This document shows positions 11,190 to 25,108 of a stretch of DNA of 64,000 nt, piece after piece (positions within the stretch are counted from its first letter, which is position 1; the number at the start of each line of letters is the position of its first letter). Source of the DNA: Batkoa obscura. Its lineage: Eukaryota. Position numbers and translations under genes: made by a program. A model generated the notes under the pieces. It saw only the letters and a program-made list of their open reading frames with translations. It was not told the origin of the DNA and searched no databases. The stretch lies in contig JASVEC010000020.1 in the NCBI GenBank assembly GCA_030770535.1, forward strand, positions 434,001 to 498,000, in the 5' to 3' direction.

Positions 11190-14100
11190 TTAATCCTCCT
11201 CATCAGTTTCACTTAAAAAATTTAAAATTTTTCTTACTAATTAAAATAATTACTTTTTATTTAAAGAAATTTCGTTTTGTGGTGATATTGGTGATATAAT
11301 CAACTCCTCAGGAACTTTATCCATATTTTGATTTTCTGATTGGGTGGCTTGGGCATTACATTTTTCTTCAATAGTGTCAAGAGAATATAATATGTCGTTA
11401 TCAGTTTCTTTAAAGTTAGGAGTGTCATGTCCAGAAATGACTATATCTTCTTCTGATAGCTCATTATTACTTTCTTCATCTTGACGTATTTTATTGCTTG
11501 AAAATGCTGCTTCAGTGTCAAACCTAACATTTAAAAACCCTGTATCACTATCAATATCTAAGCGTGATATTTCTTTTTGAATGTTGCTTAGCATTGTCAA
11601 TGCATTTTTTTTGAATTTGGCAGCTGTCTTATAATAGATTGATTTATCATCGTTGTAGAACATACAATTTGAGAAAATCAAAAGTAGTTTTTCCTAAACA
11701 TGAGTTTAAATGAAACATAGTTAATTATTATCTGTTACTTTAAATGTATTCAAGTCACGAACTTCATGATTATCAACAAGAGAGGATAGAGTTGCAAAGT
11801 CCATTGGATTTTTAATGTAATTATGATAATCTGGGGCTTGTTCTTTACTCACGGGTTGGGTAAATATAAATGTTTTATCATCACTAAAATTAGTTAAGAA
11901 TTATTACTAGAAATAGACTAAATTTACCTTATTAGTTTTAGGAGTACACTTCTAAAATATTTTGTCATTGGAAATAAGAAACTTTCCCAATAATTATATC
12001 GATATCTAATCAGCTCTAGCTTGTAGGCCTCCCTTTGCCTTATTAAAGAGGTAATTTTTTGAACTTTCTCGAGGCCATCTTTAATATTAACCAAATTCTT
12101 TAAAAGTTAAATCATTTATAATTTAAATTAATAAATAATTACTTCGTATATAATGACTTTCTCTTCTTCGGATTGGAGGGGTGTAGAAGCTGTCCAAGGC
12201 TGATTTAAGGTTAAATAAAAGTTAAATAACTAACTATCAAAACTACCTCCAAATGTAACCGTCTAATAAATGGAACATTCCTATATTCTCCCTTTTTAAG
12301 GGTCCAATATTTACAAATTTCTAATAAAATTTGATTTTTTTTTCGAGTCTTTACTTCTGTTTCAGTACTGATAATATGATGAAATACGTCCATGGATATT
12401 ATTTCAGGACTTGGATCAATTGCTTGTTGGTGAGCAATAGCAGCTTTAGAGCTTGAAGTTTTGAATACTACTGCTTAAATTTAATTTAATATAAACAAAT
12501 ATTTATTTTAACAAAGTAACTACCATGTTTAGAGTCTTTCTTATGAACTTTCTTAGGACTGAATTTTTTGGCAAAATACCCTTGTACTTCTTGAATATCA
12601 GCTTGGTCTTTATTATCTTTCTATTTTGAAAAGTTAAATATTATTACAAACCACACGAACAGCACTTACAGAGACATGTCTATGGCAATAGGGTTTTGTT
12701 GAAAGTGAGTCTGGCATAACTTTATATTTCATAGTAAACTTTGCAAAAAAAGCACATGTCACATGAAAAGAAGCAGAGCAAGATTTTACTGAACATTGCA
12801 CACATGCTCCTTTACGTTGTTTACACAGATAGCATATCTAAAAACTTAGTTGTGAAAAAAATAGTAATTAAAAAAATACCAATTTCCATCGACTTTTGGG
12901 AATAGTGTCGACACCTTCGATTGGTTCAATGTATACGCTGCTGCCAAAAGAAACTTCTGGGATCCATATGGCGCATAAAACATGAGCCCAAGAATTTAAT
13001 CCAGTTTGTTTAAATGCCCCTCCTTCATTAGGGCAAAGAATACAGGTCTTCTTATTAATACAGCTATTTAAAAAACTAAAAAACATTACCACTGGGTTGG
13101 AAGGAGAAACTATACATTTTCTACAAAGCCATTGTCCTTCAGGTATGTAAGGTACACCATAACAATCTGAATATTAGTATTAAGGTTATAAAAACAAAGA
13201 TAAGTACCCTGATGTACAGCTAAATCACAACCATCACAGAATATTATAGCGTTGCTATTTTCGCAATCAGTTTCTTTACAAATCTCACAAGGAGTATCTG
13301 GATTAAGCTCACTAGTTCGAAATTTATTTTGTTTTTCTGTTTGTTTACTCTAAAAGAATGTTATTGTTTGTCATATCAATGCTTAGCTTGCTTACATGAA
13401 TAAACCAGTTTTTTTCAATCCTATCCATGAATAATTCAAATATTTCCTCCATATCTAAAACCTCAGTATTGATTTCTAATTTTTCACAAATTACTTCTAA
13501 CCATGCCTTATCTTTAAAATATAAAAATATAAAAAACTTAATTTCAATATAAATTACCTTCAAGATCAAGGTCGTATTCTACTGCTAACTTAGACTCAGG
13601 AATTAATTCTGGAAACATTAAACATAAATAATAAATTAGAAAAGGAAATTACCGTTAGCTCTAAGATAATGATTCTTTGGCCTAACAAAAATAACCCTTG
13701 AATCCCCGTCCTCAAGCTCTGGATCATCAAATTTAAGGTAGTTATAAATATCAAAAGGTCTATAACTAGGTATAGGAATTGGTTTAGTTATAACTTCATC
13801 CTTTCCTTCTATTTCAAACTTATAAGATAAACTTAAATTTTAAAATAAAAATTACCAGCATTGTTTATTTTTTTATTAGAACCTGCCTTTGTATTGTTGC
13901 TCACTAAATCGTTGACTTTAATGCTCAACTTTTGATTGATATCAATGTCATCGATAGCACGCTCTTTAATTTCATTTTTTAAATGTCTTTTTTTTTGTTT
14001 TTTATCTTTAGGTTCAGGGATCTTTTTACTTTTTTGTATTGAGATAATGCTGTTTTCTGATTCTGATTTGTCTTCAATTTCAGGCTCATCTTCTTTAATA

Positions 14101-14291
14101 TCTAGTGAATTATCCGATGACTCGTGTAACTCCTGGTCTTCATTAGTATCTCCATTAAATAAACCTTTTTTCCTCTTTGATGATCTCCTCTTATTTTTAT
14201 TATTTGTTTCTTTTCCATCTAATATGTCATTTATATCTGAAAAAAAACCTGAGTATTTTGGCTTATTACTTAAATTACGTGTCCTTTTCAT
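11190..14291 (-). CDS. NTO1: NuA3/MOZ-complex scaffold, NTO1/BRPF-like (PHD-Zn knuckle-PHD plus bromodomain), multi-exon
   Basis: Exons encode [72 protein letters not shown] and bromodomain [28 protein letters not shown]; last exon uncertain (stop at 11190 or 11250). Confidence 0.88.
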
Positions 14292-16104
14292 AAGAAAGTT
14301 AAGTACCTCCTAACTCTTTCTTTAAAGAAAAATTGCTCAATCGGTTGTTTATTTTTAACTTATAAAAGCAAAATGCATTTATTGTTACAACCAATCAAAC
14401 CTTATGTTTAGCAGGATCACATGGTTTTAGTTAAGTTTAAATATTTTATTTTGTTTATATACCAGATTTGTTAAAAGCTATTAAATTTTTTAATAACATT
14501 TATTTCGCTATTAATAGTACCTTATTTTATTTCGATTCAATATATTTGTATATTTGTATACGTATAAATCTATTTGAAGATTGAATCCAAATTAGAATTA
14601 TTATTCAATTAGAACAAGAATAGGGTTAAAATGATCTGAAATAAATTGTATTATAAAAAAATTCAAAAACATTAAAATTAAATAAACAGCATTTAAACAT
14701 TTAAAACTTATCAGCTATGAAAACTAGCATTTAACCTACTTAAAATTCATATTATTATAAAATAATGTGTGTAAAAAACAAGGTTGGAAAGCTGAACTCC
14801 TCTTAAATTTCTACCCAAAAAAAATGCCTTAAGCTTAAATTTAAATATTTCTCCACTAGTTTTATAATTTTTTTGTGATAAAATAATAAAAGAGGGTTAA
14901 AAAATAAAAAACAAAAAAAATGTTGAGACAATATTTAGTTCCATAACTATATTGAATTGGCTTTTATAATTATTTTTAAGCTAAATCTGTTTTTATTTTG
15001 ACCCACATAAATTATTCTAACAGCCATTTCTTTATAAATTATGTTATCTATACTATTTAACAGAAGATGAAGAAATGAGAGTTTAGCTTATATTGACTAT
15101 TAAACAAACTTTAACAACACAAAAGTTTAATGCCAACCTAATACTTTAGTTCCTTTAGAAAAGAAGAGTTTTTTACACCATATCAAAAAAATTACCATCA
15201 CAAATATAGTTTAACTTAAGAAGCATACAAAGTTATAAAATTTTTCTAACTTTAATTGTGTATTAATTTGTTGCTTGTTATCACTCACTATTATACAATT
15301 CAATATCTCTTAGCTATCTTTAGGCTAATTAATTGCTTATTAACAAATTACTAAAAAAGGTGATTGCAGTGGGATACAAGCTTTTTTACTTTGTAACCAA
15401 AAACTGAATGAAAGACAAAATTTAAGGTGGTAAATCAGACTCCATATTAAAAATTACAGAAGCTTTTATTAGTATGATCTTTAGCAAATGAAAAGTATCA
15501 TTAGTTAAGTTTGACATATATTACTAGTTTGATTTGTAATATTAAAAGTAATGATAGCGTTATACTTCACTACTTTCATTCAAAAATTAATTTTATTAAA
15601 TAATACTATAAACAAACAAATTGAATTAATCGAATTAACGGAGCTAAACTAAAAAAAACTAGTTTGGTGTTCCATACAGTATAAATAATGTTCTTATTTT
15701 CTTTTATTCTTTTAGTACTAATAATAATATAATAAATAGCAGATAAAGTTATAAAAAAAAGTAGTAAAAAAGAGAGGATTTTTACCCTTAAAAAATAAAT
15801 AACTTATTGAAAAGTAAGTTTATAATCGTTAAAATTAGGGTATAATTAACTTTAAGAGGGATAAAAATTAATTTTGATATTGGTAAAACTCTCAGATAAG
15901 GAATATTAAGAAAGTATGCCTAAAGAATGAGTAAAGGTAAGGGGTATGTCTAAATGGTATTAATATGAATTGAAGCTATATACTATATTGACTTACAAAA
16001 GTTAAGGTGTTTAATACGTTAAGGCAAAATGGTTAAGGTATAAATTATACCGATTAAAAAACTAGCTCAAGTCTCACTTTAAAATTTGAAATTAATTGAA
16101 CTAT

Positions 16105-17029
16105 TTAAAGCGCTAAGCATTTGCGTGACTTTTTACCAGGTCGATTAATCGACCCTATGCGTTTAGGGGGCTCATTAAATCCTTGATCCGCTCTTATCAA
16201 TCGTACTACTTGATAAAACGCCATCTCTACATTGATGCATGCTTTAGCACTAGATTCTATAAATTCACAGTTTAAGCGTCTTGCCATAGTCACTCCTTCT
16301 TCACGTGCTACTTCCCTTTCAGTTGCTTTATCTGCTTTGTTACCAACCAAAATCATAGGTGAAAATTCATTGTCCTTTACTCTAAGAATCTGTTCATGAT
16401 AACGTTCTACTCGTTCAAAAGTGGAACGAGAAGTGATAGAATATACTAACAAAAATCCTTCACCATCTCTAATTTCAATTTTAATTCGTTATTTTTTTGT
16501 CTAAACCTATTATATACCTAATCCATTGATCTCTTAACGCAGTATATTCCTCTTTAAAGTTGTTAGTTTATTTTAGAGGTACATAAATTTCAATTTTACC
16601 TTGTCCGGCAGTATCTAAAACCTCTAATACACATGCTTGATCATCAATTACAACTTGCTTTCGGTAAGAATCTTCAATCGTTGGATCATATGTCTAAACA
16701 ATATGAGTAAATAACTTAAAAAACCTAAAAAGAAGGAGTAACTACCTCTAAAGAAAAGTAATGGAAGTTATAATTTAAATAAATAAAACCAAGTTAAATT
16801 AATTTGATGCTATTTTGTAATTATCTTACCGACGAAATGATTTAAACAAAGCTATTAAAAAGGGTTAAAGCTAGGCTTAGATGAGTTAAAAAATTAGTTA
16901 CCTGAATCGTTAACGCCGTCTAAATAAGATAATATAAAAAAGAAATTAGAATCTTAATAATCCAAATTTCGATTAATTTACCTTCCCAACACCACCATCA
17001 CCGAGTACTACTATTTTATATAACAACAT
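16105..17029 (-). CDS. ras2: Ras GTPase (fungal Ras2/RasB type), 7 coding exons
   Basis: Exons 16983-17029, 16902-16919, 16830-16851, 16746-16747, 16600-16693, 16518-16551 and 16105-16468 give [57 protein letters not shown] and CAAX CLAL. Confidence 0.93.
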
Positions 17030-18758
17030 CTATTCAAGAATTAATATATTTGATCAAAAAGAGAGTTGCTTGTATTATATAATTGAGTTAAATGATATAT
17101 CTTTCTAAATTTAATTCTCAAATAAATACACTTACTTTTAAAAGCAATAATTAAAATGGAAAGTTAAATTGGATAAATAAACAACTCTTAACTAATTAAT
17201 ATACAAGTTGAAAAAAGTGAGAGTTCGCTTACGAGGATAAAAGGGTTTTAAAAATTATGGTAATTAAAAGTAGGTGATTAAACGTTTAGCTTGACTTTCC
17301 CTTTAAAAAAAGTTGACTTTTACTTTTACTTGGTTTAAAAGGAGAATTTCTTTTTTTAATCGCTATCTACCAATCAAATTAAAATATTCCAAATTCAGTT
17401 CATAATTAACTGATATCACCTTCGAAGTGAACAATTTCAAAGCAGCTGACTATAAAGGTACTCCACTTTGATTGGGGATCAATTGCACAAGTTGCAATTT
17501 TAACTAGTATTTTTTCAAAAAAAAATAAGAATTAGGGTTTAAGTTTTGGTTGCAAAAATTCGATATGAGCATTTATTCAAAGTTTAACAAGAAGTAGCTC
17601 TGTCTTCTAATTATTAAATTGAGGTTTTAGGTTATAAAAGACCTAAAATTAGATTCAATAAGCTAGAATGATTGGTGGAAGTAAAAAGTAGAACCATTTT
17701 CAAGCTCTAAGTTAGAATTGTAAATGAAACCTAAACTACACCATATTTTTTTAATGTGCTTGATGAAATCCTTAAATTTAATTGATCACTATTGTCGAAT
17801 TCAAAATAAATTTTGTTATATAATGAAAGTATCATGGTAAAAAAAGATAGTAAACTTTCCATTTATTAAATTCGGTAAATTAATTCCAATTATTAACAGT
17901 AAATTTGAGCTAAACTTGAACTTTATAAGATCAATAGATTTGTTAATTAAATTTTTTGATTATATGGTAGTGTTACTAATTATTAATTACTAATAAATTA
18001 AAGTTAGCTTATTAAGTATGATTAAATACTCGAAACATTTGTTTTTTAAAAAACAAATATAAGCCTTAACAAAGCAAGAGTTTACTTAATAGTATGCAAG
18101 ACATGGGTTAAATTTATAAAATAAACATATTAATAAATTAGAATTGTTTTGTAAGATAAACAAACAGTTTATTAATCCGAAAATTAAACTTAATAAACAA
18201 AATATTGAAAAAAATTAAGCTCCCCTCAATTATTATAAAGTCTTTAAGTTTATTCGCTTAAGTAAGCTCAAAGGATTCTTAAACAATTGGCGGAATTAAA
18301 TACCTAGCCATAATGAAACAAGCCATGGGTAAACTTGAAGGAAATTTATTTGATTCTTTAAACTCCTCTTTCTTTTAAAAACTTACTAAATCCGAGGTGA
18401 CAAGGTTTTAAGCTTGGTATTTTATTGTAATATTAATAATAATTTATTGTCAAAGTTTTATGAGAAACTAGGTTTCAGTTTATAAATGAATTGCCAGCCG
18501 GATTTAATGTTAGCTCATCCGATTAATCGTGGTTTAAATGTTTTAAACTATTTTTAAATTTGATTATGCTTCGAGTATAAAAAGTAAACGTTGAAATTCC
18601 TATAATTGGAGAGTCAAACTAATTTAATATAAGTTAAAACTTATAAGAAATTAATAATAAAATCAAGTTACAAGTAAATAATATTGAAATATACAACTAT
18701 AATAATAAACTGTAATACCAATATACTGACAAATAAAATTAGACAAAAAACTAATAGT

Positions 18759-20850
18759 TTAATAAAAGAACAAAGGTTCAAAAGGAGGGATAGCTTTACC
18801 ACAAAGTAATGAATTTAGGATACGGTTATTAATGAGGTAGGAGTTAAAATAGCATGTTAAGTGGGGGACAAATGATAAGATTTTAAGCAGAGGAATAGAA
18901 ACGGGCTAATATGTAAATTTAACTAAATAATGATTAATAATAATATTTACTTGAAAATGGAAATAATGTATGTTCGTAGTATTAATATATCTAAATTGAC
19001 GTTGAAATTCAATTGGGGATAACTTGACCCCACCTTTTATAATTATTAAATAATGTGATATAAAATAAATATATAAAATACCTGGTAGTAAAGAAGGACA
19101 AAAAAGTTTTAGATAAATAGAAAAGAAAGGGAATTTTAGCCATATAACAGAAATTAATTGAATAATACATAGTACTACTAGCATGCTTAATTTTGCCTAA
19201 TTTAGTAAAATTAGATTATCAATTAAACTATTATTATCAACGAATATTACTAATAATGAAGCTAAATAATAAACAAAAATAGTTGGGAATAAGAAAGCAG
19301 ATACTGTAAATAATAAAGTACCAAGCGTAAGCTGATCCATATTATATTGACATTGATCAAATCGATCTCTTAACGGATTATAACGTTTACCTAATAATAT
19401 TAATTATATACTAGACTATTAAATCATGTTATTAATTACATACCTATAAATAAATTAAATAAACTCAGATTTATATTTAAATGCCAATGAAATAATTTTG
19501 AGGCTAATAGATAAAACCAATTTAAATGTAAACAGACCAAAGAAAACAAATCCATTGAAAAAGCTAATAATCCACTAAGACCAAATAATATAGAGATTAT
19601 TATTGCGAAATTTAGTAGAAAATTTATATAACTTGGCCATATATCCGATAACTCTAATCATTATATTACTTTACTTTGTATTAATACAATAGTATTACCT
19701 ATAAATGGATAGATAACACATAAAAACAGTTGTCCAAGGAATTTAGTTAATCCGGAATTTAATTTTAGACCAGCTGGCTCGCCTTGTAGCCAGCCAATTA
19801 GCTCCTTAATGTTTTCTACCGTAAACCTCTTTAATAAAGGTTAAAAATGAACTGGTCATAAATAAATAAAACCTTACTTGTATTAAAGAACAAATTTTAC
19901 GACCAATCCTGTATTTATTTAAGCTAATGAAATAAATGACAAAATAAACAACAATAGAATTTAGAATCAAAGTGATGACTAAATCCATGTATTTAAGCTG
20001 GTGGTAATAAATGGCTTCAGTTACTAGTTGATGCTTCTGATATAATAACTTTCGGTTCTTGGCTATATATTTGAAACTTTTATAGTTATATTTAATGATA
20101 GAAACTAACTGATTAATAAATGAAATTTTATATAAAACATAAAATACCTAAACTACTGAATTGTTGTTTTTCAACATTAGGAAATGGAATTAATTCTGGG
20201 TTCATTAGTTCGTGATTAAATTCCAATTTTAAATATTTAAAGTTATTAATCTAAAGCAAATTACTATTTATTTCATTATTATAAATATAGTCTTACTAAC
20301 AAAAATACTTGCTTTAAATCAAACTCTTTGTTTGTTGGACTATCGTTTTTGAAATAATTTTGAAAATCCAGAGAGTAAAAACCCTTCTTCACGTAAATTA
20401 ACTTTATGATTTCTTCATTTGAATTAAGCTGATATTTTGATTTAGCTTTATCTAACTCAAATAATAGCTCTATTTCTTTAAAGTCATATCCTAAAACATT
20501 TAGATCTGTTCTCGTCGGAACAAAAAGAAGCTTACTATCTATCTTTTCTTTATAACCCCCTATAATTACAATGGGGTAACTCAGTTCTTTATACTTTTTT
20601 AAATACTCCTGTTTTGTTCGGATTAAAGAAATTAATTCATCCATCTAAAACAGTTCATTTAATTAAAAAAGCTACATCTAAAACATTACCATTTAAAACG
20701 AAAAATATACATACCTCATAATCTACACTTTGAGTAATTAAATAAGACTTCCCGACTTTTAAACCAATAACCCATTTCCCTTTCCAACTTGTAGTTTTAC
20801 AAAAGCAAGTTTTAACCATAACTATAGCGTCTTGGAATATGGATTCTTAT
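18759..20850 (-). CDS. GPI1: GPI-GlcNAc transferase subunit GPI1/PIG-Q, multi-exon; start not resolved
   Basis: Minus-strand segments WLQGEPAGLKLNSGLTKFLG and KRYNPLRDRFDQCQYNMDQLTLGTLLFTVSAFLFPT match Gpi1 motifs. Confidence 0.82.
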
Positions 20851-21044
20851 CTTTTCTTTAGTTAATTTTTTACTAATAAATTGTAACAATAGTTTTAAAA
20901 ATAACAAATAACTTAATAAACTAATTATTAAAAACAATATTAAAAACAATATTAAATTCATTAAAACTTTATTTTTTAACTTTACTTGTTTTATAAACTT
21001 GAGGATTCGTTCATTGCAACTTTTGCTTAAAAATATACCCACTT

Positions 21045-21119
21045 TTTTAAGAAGTAATACGAATTTTTCTACTCAAATAACGCTTAAAAAATAGAAGTGA
21101 TGAAGCCAAAACTCTCCCC
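21045..21119 (-). mobile_element. Partial MITE family A copy
   Basis: ttttctactcaaataacgcttaaaaaatagaagtgatgaagccaaaactctcccc. Confidence 0.65.
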
Positions 21120-21204
21120 AAATAGATTTGTGCATCATTATAGATGCCCTTTTTAAAAATTTCGGCTCACTACTAATTATGTCTTATCATAGAATTAAAA
21201 ATTA

Positions 21205-21724
21205 GGGGACTTTTTAAACTTCTTAGCCCAACCTTTTATATTTTCGGTTGTCTTTTAAACTAATTTTCAAAGTACTATTAGTCATTTTAGAGAGGAAAGT
21301 TAAAAGCAATATTTTTTGCTAGCATTATTCTAATATTGGTCAAAAAAATGTCAAACATCCCCTAATCATAACGGTTTTAAAATAAGGTATTTTTAAATTC
21401 CAAAAAATATGCAATTTTTGCAGTTTCGTTTCTGTTTTAAATTCCAAATTTTAATCAACTTTCAATTTTATAATCGCTCTTAAAACTAACTGATAAGATA
21501 AAATGGGAGATATTGAAAGCAATGTGGACTTGGGGGATATTGGCATCACTTTAGTTTGGTGTTTCAGCTTTAGTCCATATTGTTAAAAATCAATAAAATA
21601 AAATATTTTTTGAAGTTTTCAAAGTAATTAAATTTTAAAAAAAATTATTTTAATTACTTGGAATAACCGATGGCTAAGGCTAAAATTTAAAATTTTGATG
21701 TTTAATTAATAACTAAAAGTCCCC
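21205..21724. mobile_element. Possible second non-autonomous TIR element (Tourist/Harbinger-like)
   Basis: GGGGACTTTT...AAAAGTCCCC ends with TTA on both sides; non-coding; single copy in the window. Confidence 0.35.
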
Positions 21725-22487
21725 TTAATCTAGGAGGTAAATAACCTTAGCAAGTCATAAGAGTAAGCTGAAGGCAAAATAAATTTCATACACTAAACTA
21801 TGTAATGTAATTAAATAGAACTATTGATTAATCTTTTATTTTATGATTGTTTATACAACATTATATTAAAAAGTCGAGCTTAGGTAAATTTTGAGATGCA
21901 TAAAATAGGGATGAAATGAATTTATTAGTATCTTCAAAAAAATATTATCGATAGTAATGATACAATTGAACATCTTAAAAAAGGTCTAAACAACAACTTC
22001 TAGTGGCTCTCAACAGTGAGAAAAGGCTATAGAATAAATAGATTTATGTATGTATAACCGAATAATAAAAATAAAAATAGAAAAAATGATCGAAACAGGT
22101 ACCACATAATGATGCATTTTTATATTTTTGTATGTTTTTTGTTCAAAATTTATGCACTTGCGTTCAAAAGCAAATTTCTTAATAATTAGAAATTTGTTAA
22201 GAACCGTTAGATTATCGTTGAAATTATTTTCAAATATTCAATTGTGTTATCACTGAGCAATATTTACTGAAAATATTTAAATAATAACCACTGTAAATAT
22301 ATTGCAGGAAAAACTTGGTTGCTATAGATAAAAGCGGTAATTTTTAAGTTTCTGAATTATAATGATTATAATATATTGAATGTAACGTCTAGGCTATAAC
22401 CACTTTTTCAAAAAGCTTTTACAAATTATGATTATCGAACTTTAAGTCGTGCTTTAAGTATGAACTATTATAATATTCTTATCATGA

Positions 22488-22582
22488 AGGGATGTTTTTT
22501 TGATTTCATTACTTTTTCCATTTTTTAAGCACTATTTGAATAAAAGATTGTTAGTAAAATTCAGACAAAAAAACACATCCCC
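22488..22582 (+). mobile_element. MITE family A copy
   Basis: agggatgtttttttgatttc...cacatcccc; TSD degraded. Confidence 0.85.
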
Positions 22583-22631
22583 ACAAGTAGCTTATTAAGT
22601 TAAGCTAACTTTTATAAAAAATAGGCTATAT

Positions 22632-22728
22632 GGGGATGTTTTTTTGATTTCATTACTTTTTCCATCTTTAAACGTTATTTAAGTGGAAAGGTTTTTAACA
22701 AAATTTTTGAATGAAAAAATACATCCCC
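22632..22728 (+). mobile_element. MITE family A copy
   Basis: ggggatg...catcccc; ATAT TSD. Confidence 0.92.
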
Positions 22729-25108
22729 ATATAATATTAACACAAACTTTGAGGTAAGTTTATTTGTTAATGGTTCCGCTAAATGTTAGTCCCTATATGG
22801 ATTGCTACTTTAAATACTAATTGCTGTCTTTTCAAAAACTCGATAATCTCGTATTAAAGCCCTTAGTTATTTTGTTACAGGCACTTAGAACTAAGCTGTG
22901 ATGATAGTATTTTAAAACCAACTTCGACTCAACCTTAGCCTAAAACCATTCTTTTTAAACAGGTATTGTAATATAAAAAATGAATTTGTTTAGGATTGAT
23001 TAAAAGCTGGGTTTTAAATTTGGGGTTATTTTTTTCACAAAATAAGGGTTAATTGAAAAATAACCAAAGTTCCAGAATTAATATTTACCTTGATTTATTA
23101 CACATAAATTGCCTTTTTATGAAAATTTGGGGGGGGGTTTTTTAAAAGCAATAATATGCAAGTATAAATGTTTAATTAGTAGTGTTTATATTGAAGTTTA
23201 TACACTTCAATTATATATATTAATATAAGGTTGTTTATAAAGTAATCTCCCTTCTTGGACAAATTCCTATTATTAAGAATATATAGTTGCTACAGACGAA
23301 TTTTTTTTACATCAAAAATATCTTGTTTTTAGAGATAAAAAAATGTTTGTTGTTGCAATCAATAACCTACCTATTTTCTTACCCAATAAAAAAGTCTACT
23401 CTAGAAGCCATCTTACAAATCCCAAATTAGCTTATTCTTTTTTAAATATATAGGCTGCTAGCTCATTACAATCTGTTAAAAGCTTGTTGTTTCAAGCACC
23501 CAAGTTATTATGGAATTTTTGAAATAATTTGCTATTAGTTATTTAGCTTTTAAGTATGTGGACTATTTTGTACTAATTTTTAAGATATTTAAAAAGCTCT
23601 AATTGATGGGTTTCATTAATGTAACATGGAACTTTTTAATATATAGAGCATATTAAATGGATCCATTTTATATCTCAGAGCATAATCTACTATCCCAAAG
23701 TTCTAAATACTTTGAATTTTTAAAAAATTCCTATTGTTATTGTAATAAAACGATTTAAAAGTGATTAAATGTGAATAAAATAAATAATGTAAAAATGAAA
23801 TAAAACTTATTAATTAAAAAAATATTTTTTTAATATCATAACATGAACACTTTTTGATCATAATGAATAGAGTACAAGTTATTTTGAAATTAATCGAAAT
23901 TAATATGATGATTAAGTCAAGAGCTTGGTTTACTTGTGTCCACTATCCGGTTCAATACATTAAATCTATTATGTCTTGAATAAATATTTAATTTACATAT
24001 CAAGTTAAACTATGATTCCATCAATTATCGCTATACCCATTTCAACCTGTACAACTCTTGTCTTTTAGTCAATCTCTAATCTATAAATGGTTTAGAGCTA
24101 ATGAGGAGGAACAATTAATTGGCTCAAGTACTTAACAACTAAGAAAATCGCTTTAGTCAAATAAAGAAATAAGCCTAGAAGTTAAATTTCAGTATCTTGT
24201 CCTCTTATTGGTTGGATCATAGATGAAATCACACTCTTAAACTCTTAAATAGTTTGTTTTTAGATAAAGCGTAGAGAATAAATTATTTCTATAATCAAAA
24301 TAAAAAGCCCCTTACTTCAATATATCACTAAGTATGGGGTAGAGGTTATTTTTGATAAAATAAAAGAATATTAACTAACTATTATCTAGCAATTACTTAC
24401 AAATTCTTTTTGTAGCAATACAACACACCTATAATAAAATACAAAATAAATTACATATATTCCTTAATGCACTACCACTTATTACTCGAATTGATGGTAA
24501 AAGTACAATAGCTATTTATCTACAGTAAAAAAACAAACTTAGATGCTTTTAAAAGTCATACTTGTTTTAATTCATGTAAAAACCTACTATAGCAAATAGC
24601 TAGTTAGACTTTTTAATAATAGATTATCTAGGACACCTTACTAAACTACAAATGAAACCTGCAATAAGGGAGAATAATCAAAGTTGAGCCAATAAAATAA
24701 CTTTAAAGGAACATTCATTTGTTTTAAATTAAGCTGAGTTAACGCATCAGCTAATTCTTTGGAATCTCCCTAGTTAATTGCCAAAAAAGTCAAGCCAAGC
24801 TCATTATTACGTCCCTAATTTTATTAAGATTGAGGAAAATTTGGAATTTCCCCTTATTTTTGGAAAGTGATTTTTTGGTATTCCAAAAAAAAGATAAAAA
24901 TAAGATGCAGGGTGGGTATTAAATTTCCGAAGCTTAATAAAACTCTCCTAAAAAAAATTATATAAATAGTAACAAACTCAATTAGATTTTTTTATATTCT
25001 CTTTCATTTTAAATTTTCAATCTCAATCAATCCTAATTTATTAATTTCTTGCTAGTGTGAGATATAAAACTTATTGTCATTTTAAGCATTTAACAACATC
25101 AACACAGA

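Noticed and set aside
13936..14313. 125-aa plus-strand ORF (likewise 54565-55056, 44274-44701, 37240-37491)
   Set aside because: Antisense shadows of real genes.
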